From: Trueperaceae bacterium
GTDB lineage: Bacteria > Deinococcota > Deinococci > Deinococcales > Trueperaceae
Assembly: GCA_035703635.1 (NCBI GenBank)
Contig: DASSXV010000055.1
Coordinates: forward strand, 1 to 27,108
DNA length: 27,108 nt
Direction of reading: 5' to 3'
Position 1 is the first letter of the stretch. Each line of letters begins with the position of its first letter. Position numbers and translations under genes: made by a program. The notes below the pieces were generated by a model. The model saw only the letters and a program-made list of their open reading frames with translations, had not been told where the DNA came from and searched no databases. Shown here one piece after another: positions 18,055 to 25,458 of the stretch.

Positions 18055-20189
18055 ACGGGTTGAGGGTTGAGAAACGCGGCGACGTCGCCATCTTATGGCT
18101 CGACCAACCGAACCGCAGCGTTGCGCTCCTCGACATGCCGCTCCTGAGGGCACTGCCGGGCGCCATCGACGAGCTGGACGCCGACGCTAGCGTGCGCGCC
18201 GTCGTGCTGGCGAACGCCAAGCCTGGGGCGTTCCTAGCCGGCGCCGACATCGGGGCGTTCCTCGAGTACGAGACCCCGGCGCAGGTCGAGGCGCAGATCC
18301 ACGAAGGCAACGCGTTCTTGGCGCGCCTCGAATCGTGGCGCAAGCCGCTAGTCGTGGCGGTCGATGGCGTCTGCTTGGGCGGCGGCACCGAGCTGGCCTT
18401 GGCCGGCCGCTACCTGCTTGCCAGCACCAACCCGAAGACGCGCTTCGGGTTGCCGGAGGTGCAACTTGGCCTCCTCCCCGGCCTGGGTGGCACGGTGCGC
18501 TTACCCGAGCGCGTCGGCCTCTCCCTCGCCCTCGACCTGATCCTCACTGGCCGCAACCTCTACGCCAAGCAGGCGCGCAAGGCCGGGCTGGTGCACGCCA
18601 CTGTTCACCCGGAGGGGCTGATCGACGCCGCCGTGCGCGCCGCCGGCATGCTGGCCGACGGCAAGTTGCGGGTGCCGAAGCGCAAGCCAACCGCCTTACA
18701 GCGCCTCTTGGAGGAGACGCCAGCGCGGGCCATCGTGTTCGACCGCGCCGCCAAGCAGGTCGCGAAGCGCACGCGCGGCAACTATCCCGCCCCCGCACGC
18801 ATCTTGGAGGCGCTCTCAGCCTGGGCGCGCTCTGGCCGCCAGGCGGGGCTCACCGCCAGCGCCAAAGCCTTCTCCGAGCTCCTCTTCACGCCGCAGGCGC
18901 GTGCGCTCATTCATGTCTTCTTCGCCCAAACGGCCGCGAAGAAGAACCCGTGGCCAGGTCAGGCGCTGCCCGTCGAGAGCGTCGCCGTTCTTGGCGCTGG
19001 CCTGATGGGCGCTGGCATCGCAGAGGTGACCTCCGCCAGCGGCATGCGCGTCTTGTTGAAGGACCGCGACCTCGACTTGGCGCTGAAGGGCAAGGCGGCC
19101 GTTCACCGCGGGTTGACTAGTCGCGTCGGCAAGGGTCGCTCCGCCTTCGAGCGTGACGTGATGGTCGAGCGCGTTGCCGCAGTTGACTCTTACGAGCCGC
19201 TAGCTGGCACGCAGCTGACCATCGAGGCCGTCCTCGAGCAGCCTGACCTCAAGCGCCAGATGGTCGCCGAGGTGGAGCGCGTTACGGGCGCGGGGCGGCA
19301 CGTTTTCGCCTCCAACACGTCGGCCATCGCCATCAGCGAGATCGCGGCTGGGGCAGCGCGCCCGGAGGCGGTGCTTGGCATGCACTACTTCTCGCCCGTT
19401 CCGAAGATGCCGTTGCTCGAGATCGTCGTGTCCGGCAGGACCGCCGAGTGGGCAGCGGCCACGGCTTTCGAGGTGGGAGCCCGTCAGGGCAAGACGAGCA
19501 TCGTCGTCAACGACGGCCCGGGGTTCTACACCACCCGCGTCCTCGCCGTTTACATGGCCGAGGCCATGCGGGCACTGCACGAGGGCGCTGACCCTGGCGA
19601 CCTCGAGGGCGCCATGGTGGCGTACGGCTTCCCGCTTGGGCCGCTCGCGCTAATGGATGATGTCGGCATCGACGTCGGCGCCAAGATCGAGGTCGTGCTC
19701 GCGCCGCTCATGGCTGCGCGTGGCATGGAGGCCAGCCCCGCGAGCGCCAAGATGGTGGCCGCCGGCTACCTTGGCCGCAAGGCTGGCAAGGGTTTCTACC
19801 GTTACGAGTCCGGTCACAGGCAGAAGGAGTTCGACGGGGAGGCGCTGCGCATCGCTGGGTTCGCGCCGTCGGCTGCTGGCGGCGTCGAGCGGGGGGCCGC
19901 GCTAGCCGATCGCCTTGCCCTCACCTTCGTGCGCGAGGCGCTCACGTGCTTGGACGAGGGCGTGCTGCGCTCCGCGCGTGACGGCGACGTCGGCGCCGTC
20001 TTCGGACTGGGTTTCCCGCCGTTCAGGGGCGGGCCGTTCTTCATGGTCGACCACGAGGGCGCAGGGAGCGTCGTGCAGCGCCTGCGCGGGCTCGAGGCCA
20101 AGCATGGTCCGCGCTTCGCGCCGCCGGCATCGTTGGTGGCCAAGGCCGAGGCCGGCGAGCTCTACTACCCAGGCGGGCGCGGCTCCTGA
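18051..20189 (+). CDS. fadJ: Fatty-acid oxidation complex alpha subunit (enoyl-CoA hydratase / 3-hydroxyacyl-CoA dehydrogenase)
   Basis: AGADI, GGGTE, PEVQLGLLPG, GNYPAP, GAGLMGAGI, ASNTS, GMHYFSPVPKMPLLEI and GFPPFRGGPF. Confidence 0.9.
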   Translation: MNGLRVEKRGDVAILWLDQPNRSVALLDMPLLRALPGAIDELDADASVRAVVLANAKPGAFLAGADIGAFLEYETPAQVEAQIHEGNAFLARLESWRKPLVVAVDGVCLGGGTELALAGRYLLASTNPKTRFGLPEVQLGLLPGLGGTVRLPERVGLSLALDLILTGRNLYAKQARKAGLVHATVHPEGLIDAAVRAAGMLADGKLRVPKRKPTALQRLLEETPARAIVFDRAAKQVAKRTRGNYPAPARILEALSAWARSGRQAGLTASAKAFSELLFTPQARALIHVFFAQTAAKKNPWPGQALPVESVAVLGAGLMGAGIAEVTSASGMRVLLKDRDLDLALKGKAAVHRGLTSRVGKGRSAFERDVMVERVAAVDSYEPLAGTQLTIEAVLEQPDLKRQMVAEVERVTGAGRHVFASNTSAIAISEIAAGAARPEAVLGMHYFSPVPKMPLLEIVVSGRTAEWAAATAFEVGARQGKTSIVVNDGPGFYTTRVLAVYMAEAMRALHEGADPGDLEGAMVAYGFPLGPLALMDDVGIDVGAKIEVVLAPLMAARGMEASPASAKMVAAGYLGRKAGKGFYRYESGHRQKEFDGEALRIAGFAPSAAGGVERGAALADRLALTFVREALTCLDEGVLRSARDGDVGAVFGLGFPPFRGGPFFMVDHEGAGSVVQRLRGLEAKHGPRFAPPASLVAKAEAGELYYPGGRGS

Positions 20190-20779
20190 AGGCGCACGCC
20201 GTCGTGGTGCTGGCGCACCCCGGCGCCGACAGTTTCTGCGCGGCCCTTGCCACGCAGGCGGTCGGCGAGTTGAGGGCTCACGGTTTCAGTGTTGCGCTAC
20301 AGGACCTGTACGCGGATGGCTTCGACCCGCGCATGCCCCTCGCCGAGGTCGGCACCACGTTCATGGCTGACGAGCTCGTGTCTCGCTACGCAGCGGAGGT
20401 ACTCGCAGCCGACGTGATCGTGGTCGTTCACCCCGTGTGGTTCTTCCACGTGCCAGGCATCCTGAAGGGCTGGGTGGACAGGGTGCTACGCGAGGGAATC
20501 GTCTACGAGTTGCGCGGGGGAGGGGAGAGCGTTGGCCGCTTAATGGCGCGCAGCGCGTTGCTGCTGAACACGGCGAACGCCCCTGAGTCCGTGGAAGCCG
20601 AGGTGCTCGGGGACCCGCTCGACGTGTTCTGGCGCCGCGTCGTCTTCGCGCCTGCCGGCGTGAGTGACGTGCGGCGCTTGCGCTTCGCGAAGGTGGCAGG
20701 GTCGAGCGCAGCGCAGCGGGCGGCCTGGCTAGCTGAGGCGAGGTTGGCGCTAAGCGCCCTTGCTTCCGAGGCTAGCTGA
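20186..20779 (+). CDS. Flavodoxin-like NAD(P)H:quinone oxidoreductase (MdaB/KefF family); start uncertain (CTG 20186 or GTG 20204)
   Basis: AHP..DSF, DLYADGFDP and HPVWFFHVPGILKGWVDRV motifs. Confidence 0.85.
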   Translation: MKAHAVVVLAHPGADSFCAALATQAVGELRAHGFSVALQDLYADGFDPRMPLAEVGTTFMADELVSRYAAEVLAADVIVVVHPVWFFHVPGILKGWVDRVLREGIVYELRGGGESVGRLMARSALLLNTANAPESVEAEVLGDPLDVFWRRVVFAPAGVSDVRRLRFAKVAGSSAAQRAAWLAEARLALSALASEAS

Positions 20780-20791
20780 CTAGGGGAAGCT

Positions 20792-21304
20792 TCAGGAGAG
20801 TTCTTCGTTCCGAGCGGCGGCGATGCGCGCGACTCCGACCTCGATGCTGCCGACGAGGAAGTCGTTGAGGCTGACGTCGAGCGCTGCCGCCGTTATGGCG
20901 GCGCGGCGGTGCAGTTCCGGTGGGAGCCTAAGGAGCAGCTTGCCTGAGAACGGCTTGGCTGGCTCGATCCCGCGCGTTGCGCAGTCGAGCAGGTAGCCGT
21001 CGACGGCGGCGTGGAACTCGCGCTTGAGTTGGGCAACGCTGTTCGCCGTGAAGACGAGCTCTTCGCGCAGGTCTATGACCTCGCCGCGCAGGCTGCCGCT
21101 GGCGTCGTCGTAAAGGACCTTGGCGGTGTAACCCTTATGGCGCATGGTGCCCGTGCGGGCCGGTTGCGCGGCCTGGTTGGCCCTCGCAGCTGGCCTGCTC
21201 GCCTGCTTGCGTTGAGGCGGCGTGCGGGGTGTGGCGGCGGCTGTTCCGGCTGAATCCGCCGCCTTGCCAGCGCTACGCGGTTTGCCGCTTGGGTTCGAGC
21301 TCAT
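20792..21304 (-). CDS. hicB: HicB-family antitoxin-like protein (orphan) with basic low-complexity N-terminal extension
   Basis: HicB core M.HKGY...GEVIDL...F.A.SV..L...F..AVD.YL..C...G.EP.KPFSGKLLLRLPPELHRRAA..A....SLN (RNase H-like fold plus RHH). ATG 21304 follows GGAGG; alternative start at ATG 21145. Confidence 0.85.
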   Translation of the reverse strand: MSSNPSGKPRSAGKAADSAGTAAATPRTPPQRKQASRPAARANQAAQPARTGTMRHKGYTAKVLYDDASGSLRGEVIDLREELVFTANSVAQLKREFHAAVDGYLLDCATRGIEPAKPFSGKLLLRLPPELHRRAAITAAALDVSLNDFLVGSIEVGVARIAAARNEELS

Positions 21305-21319
21305 CCTCACGCCTCCAGT

Positions 21320-21344
21320 AATAGTACCGAGAAACAGTATCACA
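21320..21344. promoter_or_regulatory. AT-rich motif AATAGTAC-N9-GTATCACA, copy 2, directly upstream of the hicB RBS
   Basis: Matches 9248-9272. On the minus strand it reads as TGATAC/CGGTAC half-sites 13 bp apart. Confidence 0.6.
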
Positions 21345-21450
21345 ATTCGTCGACTTCTGACTTAGGTGCCGCGATCGGGCGGTGACCAGGCGAGCGCGGG
21401 TGCGCCGCTGCTGGTCCTGGTTCGGAACGGGCCCAATACGCCTCCGCCAG

Positions 21451-21479
21451 ATGATATTACATGATGATACCGGATGCAA
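21451..21479 (-). promoter_or_regulatory. Near-consensus sigma70 promoter TTGCAT-N17-TATCAT pointing to hicB, overlapped by TGATAT/TGATAC repeats 13 bp apart
   Basis: -35 at 21479-21474, exact 17-bp spacer, -10 at 21456-21451, in an AT-rich island. Confidence 0.7.
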
Positions 21480-21604
21480 CTAGAGGGCTGCGGCGCGTGC
21501 TGGACGCTATTACCGCCTGGGCGTACAAACAGCCGCGCCGCCCCGTTCGACGCGGTCACGCCGGTGCCGCTTGCGCCGCGACCCCCGATGCGCCAACCTT
21601 GAGC

Positions 21605-22540
21605 ATGCTCACCCTCGACGCCACCCAAACGGCCAGAGTCTTGCCGTACCCAGAGTTAGCGGAGGAGATCGGCCGCGTGCTGCGCCTCGCTGCAGGGGGT
21701 GAGGTCCACGCACTCGAGCGCGCCACCACGCCGCTGCCTGGCGGCGGTACCTTCCTGTCGATGGCTGCAACGGACGCCGACCTCGCCATCGCCAAAGTCG
21801 GGAGCGTGCACCCGCTCAACAGCCAACGCGGCCTTCCGACAGTGCAAGCGGTGGTCGTCGCCCTCGATGCCGCGAACGGCACCCCTCGCGCCGTGCTGGA
21901 CGGCACCACCGTCACGACGCGGCGGACGGCGGCCCTCTCCCTCCTAGCCGCGCGCCACCTTGGCGCACGGGGCGACACCACCGTGATCGTCGGCGCCGGC
22001 ACCCAGGCGCATGGGCACCTAGACGCCATGCACCAGGGTCTTGGGCTGACACGCCTGCGCGTCTACGCCCGCCGCCAGGCCCCGGGCGCGGCGCTGGTCG
22101 CCAAGGCGCGGATGCTCGGTTTGGAAGCCGAGTTGCTCGAACCCACTGAGGGGGCGCTCCTCGACGCGCTCATGGACGCCGACCTGTTGATCACCACCAC
22201 GAACGCCACGCGTTACGTCGTGCCACCCGCCGCCGCTCCACTCCTCATGCCGCATGCGACGGTGCTCGCCGTGGGCGCGTTCACACCCACCATGGCCGAG
22301 TTGGCGCCGCAGGTCGTGGCGGCCTGCGACGTGGTCGTCGACACTGTGGCTGGAGCCGAGAGCGAAGCGGGCGACCTCATCCAGGCAGCGGCAGCGGGCG
22401 CGTGGAGTTGGGACGCCGTCACGGAGCTGGTTACGGCCCTGAACGGCTACGTACGCGAGGGGAGACCAGTGCTGTTCAAGAGCGTAGGGCACTCCATGTT
22501 CGACCTGGCAGCAGCGGAACTCGCCTTGCGGCTCTCCTGA
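21605..22540 (+). CDS. Ornithine cyclodeaminase/mu-crystallin family (possible delta1-pyrroline-2-carboxylate reductase)
   Basis: K...VHP.N..RGLPT, LDG..VT.RRTAA.S, GAGTQA, VGAFTP.M.E, EAGDL and FKSVG motifs. Likely start is ATG 21605 (MLTLDA). Confidence 0.85.
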   Translation: MLTLDATQTARVLPYPELAEEIGRVLRLAAGGEVHALERATTPLPGGGTFLSMAATDADLAIAKVGSVHPLNSQRGLPTVQAVVVALDAANGTPRAVLDGTTVTTRRTAALSLLAARHLGARGDTTVIVGAGTQAHGHLDAMHQGLGLTRLRVYARRQAPGAALVAKARMLGLEAELLEPTEGALLDALMDADLLITTTNATRYVVPPAAAPLLMPHATVLAVGAFTPTMAELAPQVVAACDVVVDTVAGAESEAGDLIQAAAAGAWSWDAVTELVTALNGYVREGRPVLFKSVGHSMFDLAAAELALRLS

Positions 22541-22592
22541 GCGCCAAGTGGCCGCGAACTGGCGGTAACTTGAGGTGCACTAGGAGGTGTTC

Positions 22593-23060
22593 ATGGCAAA
22601 GCGCATGGATTACCCAAAGGCCTCGCCTGCGGTGATCAAGGCGATGTCGGCGTTGGAGAAGACAGCAAGGGAGTTGGTGGCGGATGAGACCCTCTTCGAA
22701 CTAGTAAAGATGAGGGCGTCGCAGATCAACGGGTGCGCGTACTGCGTCGACATGCACACCATCGATGCGCGCGCGGCGGGAGAGACCGAGCAACGCATCT
22801 ACTTGCTGCCGATGTGGCGCGAAGCCGAAGAGCTCTACACGCCGCGCGAGCGCGCGGCCCTTGCGTGGACCGAGTCGTTGACGCTAGTGGCCAGTACCGG
22901 CGTGCCAGATGCGGACTTCAAACTAGTGAGGTCCGAGTTCAGCGAGGCGGAGATAGCGAATCTCACGCTGCTGATCATCGCCATCAACGGGTGGAACCGG
23001 CTCGGGGTGGGGTTCAGGTTGGAGCCTGGGCACCACCGCGCGCGCGTGGCGGCTGACTAG
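22593..23060 (+). CDS. Carboxymuconolactone decarboxylase/AhpD-like protein
   Basis: ELVKMRASQINGCAYCVDMH (CxxC), ERAALAWTE and INGWNR motifs. AGGAGG RBS before ATG 22593. Confidence 0.92.
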   Translation: MAKRMDYPKASPAVIKAMSALEKTARELVADETLFELVKMRASQINGCAYCVDMHTIDARAAGETEQRIYLLPMWREAEELYTPRERAALAWTESLTLVASTGVPDADFKLVRSEFSEAEIANLTLLIIAINGWNRLGVGFRLEPGHHRARVAAD

Positions 23061-23069
23061 ACCGCCAAC

Positions 23070-24239
23070 TCAAACGATCAGCGGCTCGTGCGGCTGATTT
23101 GCGCTGCTTGGATCCAGGAAGCGCTCGAAGCGGAACGCGTCGATGTTCAACGTGCGCACCCGCCCATCGAGCGCCTCCTCGGCGATGAGCCTGCCGACCC
23201 TAGCCGCCTGCTGCACGCCGTGACCGGAGAAGCCGCAAGCGTTAAGCCACGAGCTTGCGCCTGGCGCTAGGTCTGGCATGCGGCCGAGGATGGGATTGTC
23301 GTCCGGCGTTACTTCGTAATAGCCCCACCACGACGCGCGCCTGTCGAGGCTCGTTTCTGCCAGCCACGGGAAGCGCTTGAGGCCGAACCACAGGACGCGG
23401 TCAAGGTCCCCGAAGTCCACCCCCTCGTGGAAGCCTGCTGGCTGCTCGTGGTTCGAGCGCCCGAAAAGCACGCGTTGGCCCTCGCTACGCAAGTAGAGGC
23501 CGGTGGCGAGGTCGACCGTGAGAGGGTAGCGGTGAGCGCGCCCAAGCGGAGCGGTGGCGTAGATGCTGCGCAGCAGCGGCTGAACGGGGACGGGCAGGCC
23601 GGCTAAGCTCGTCACCTCGCCTGACCACGCGCCAGCCGCGCACACGACCTGCGCAGCGGCAACCGTGCCTGACGGGGTTCCTAGACGCCACGCCGCTCCG
23701 TCCCAGTGCGCGGAACCAACCGGGGAGTCGAGCAGGACCTCGGCGCCAAGGCCGCGCGCCAGGCCGAGGTAGGCCATGGTGATGGCGTGCGGGTCGACCA
23801 CGCCGTCCGCGCTGCCGTACGTCGTCGTGAAGGTCTCCTCCGGGCTGATGGCGAAGGGCACGAGGTGCTGCGCGCTTTCAGGAGTGAGCTCCTCGACCGG
23901 CACCCCGTAACTCTGCTGGAGCTCGAGCGAGCGGAGGTGCTGCGCGGCGTTGGCGCGCGGGACGAGGAAGAGGTACCCGAGCGGGTCGTAACCGGAAGGC
24001 GCGCCGTGGAGAGACTCGAAGTCGCGGTACTCCAAGATCGACTCCCACGACAACATGATGTTCAACGGATCGCCGAACTGCACGCGTACCCCGGCGGCGC
24101 TGCGCCCGGTCGAACCGCTAGCTGGCGTCGGTTGCGCCTCCAGCACCACCACGTTAGCGCCGCCCTGAGCGAGCCGGAAAGCGACCGCCGCGCCGACGAT
24201 GCCTGCGCCGATGACCGCTACGTCGACCGTGCGCGTCAC
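23070..24239 (-). CDS. FAD-dependent oxidoreductase (DAO/sarcosine oxidase beta family)
   Basis: VIGAGIVG Rossmann motif, GSTGRSAAGVR, GYYEVTPD..PILG and GFSGHG. GTGA overlap with the antiporter gene. Confidence 0.9.
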   Translation of the reverse strand: MTRTVDVAVIGAGIVGAAVAFRLAQGGANVVVLEAQPTPASGSTGRSAAGVRVQFGDPLNIMLSWESILEYRDFESLHGAPSGYDPLGYLFLVPRANAAQHLRSLELQQSYGVPVEELTPESAQHLVPFAISPEETFTTTYGSADGVVDPHAITMAYLGLARGLGAEVLLDSPVGSAHWDGAAWRLGTPSGTVAAAQVVCAAGAWSGEVTSLAGLPVPVQPLLRSIYATAPLGRAHRYPLTVDLATGLYLRSEGQRVLFGRSNHEQPAGFHEGVDFGDLDRVLWFGLKRFPWLAETSLDRRASWWGYYEVTPDDNPILGRMPDLAPGASSWLNACGFSGHGVQQAARVGRLIAEEALDGRVRTLNIDAFRFERFLDPSSANQPHEPLIV

Positions 24240-25444
24240 ACGAGCTCTTCAGGTGGCGGCCCGACGCGGAAGGCGACGCGCAGGAACAGCGGAGTGACGA
24301 GAGTCGTAACGACCACCATGAGCACCATGACGGAGAACAAATCCGCTGGGATGACCCCGCGCTCCACCCCGATGGCGGCCACGATCAACCCGACTTCGCC
24401 ACGGGAGACCATGCCAGCGCCGACGCGTAGAGACTGCGTGTTGGTGAACCCGAGCAGGCGCGCGCCCAGGCCGGCGCCGACCAACTTGGCGAAGATGGCC
24501 AACACGATGATGGCGATGCCGACCCACAGGAGCGGGCCGCCGATGGCCTCGCGCAAGTTGGCGCGCAAGCCGATGTCTGCGAAGAAGATCGAGACGAAGA
24601 AGCCGTAGCCGAACACCTGCATGGCTTCCATCAGCTGGTGCTTGAAGTTGGTGCGGCCGATGAGGATGCCAAGGAGGTAAGCGCCGGTGATGGCGGCGAC
24701 GCCGCCGAGGTACTCGGCCGACCAGGAGTACACGAGCACGAGCACCAGGCTGATGGCCACGACCGGCTGCGCGATGGGGAGCTTCGAGAACCACGTCAGC
24801 AACCATTTCACGACGGGGGCGAGGAGCACGGCGACGGCGAAATACGCCACCATCTTCACGGCCACCAACCATATCGGCGGTGTTGCGCCGCCGCCGCTAG
24901 CGAAGACCGCCACCACGACCGAGAGGATGAGGATGCCCATGACGTCGTCGATGACGGCGGCGCCGAGGATCGTCATTCCCTCCTTGGTGCGCAGCTTCTT
25001 CAACTCCAGCAGCGTCTGGGCGCTGATGGAGACGCTAGTCGCCGTGAGGATGGTGCCAACGAACACGGCCTCGTTCGTCGGCATGCCGACGAGCACGCCA
25101 AACCCCCAGCCGCCGAGGAACGGCAGGATCACGCCGCCCGTAGCGGAGGAGAGCGCGGGCATGCCTACGCGGCGCATGGCGCCGAGGTCGGTCTCGAGGC
25201 CAGCGATGAACATGAGGAGGATCACGCCGAACTCGCCTAAGAGCTTGATCGTCTCAGTCGTTGCCGCCGCGTGCAAGAAGAGGGGTGAGCCCATGAGGTC
25301 GAACACGCTCGGACCAATAATCAGGCCGAAGCCGATCTCGCCGACGACGGTCGGCTGGCCAAGCAACCCAACGAGGTAACCGGTGAGTTTGGCGCCAGCC
25401 ACCACTATGGCAAGTACGAGCATCAACTCGAGGAACGGCGACAT
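24236..25444 (-). CDS. CPA2 cation:proton antiporter (NapA/GerN-like)
   Basis: About 13 TM segments with LMFIAGLETD, ATSVSIS, AAVIDDVMG and GMVSRGEVGL motifs. Confidence 0.92.
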   Translation of the reverse strand: MSPFLELMLVLAIVVAGAKLTGYLVGLLGQPTVVGEIGFGLIIGPSVFDLMGSPLFLHAAATTETIKLLGEFGVILLMFIAGLETDLGAMRRVGMPALSSATGGVILPFLGGWGFGVLVGMPTNEAVFVGTILTATSVSISAQTLLELKKLRTKEGMTILGAAVIDDVMGILILSVVVAVFASGGGATPPIWLVAVKMVAYFAVAVLLAPVVKWLLTWFSKLPIAQPVVAISLVLVLVYSWSAEYLGGVAAITGAYLLGILIGRTNFKHQLMEAMQVFGYGFFVSIFFADIGLRANLREAIGGPLLWVGIAIIVLAIFAKLVGAGLGARLLGFTNTQSLRVGAGMVSRGEVGLIVAAIGVERGVIPADLFSVMVLMVVVTTLVTPLFLRVAFRVGPPPEELV

Positions 25445-25458
25445 GCCTTGGCTCGCTT

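Noticed and set aside
21461-21604. 48-aa N-terminal extension of the OCD-like ORF and a 42-aa ORF at 21474..21602(+)
   Set aside because: No RBS and no recognisable similarity. They overlap the AT-rich promoter island, and the family N-terminus fits ATG 21605.
21146-21628. Possible hicA toxin in ORFs 21362..21628(-), 21273..21479(-) or alternative frames of the hicB extension
   Set aside because: No HicA features (GSH/GSR turn, HxPH motif, dsRBD-like pattern), and these ORFs cross the promoter.
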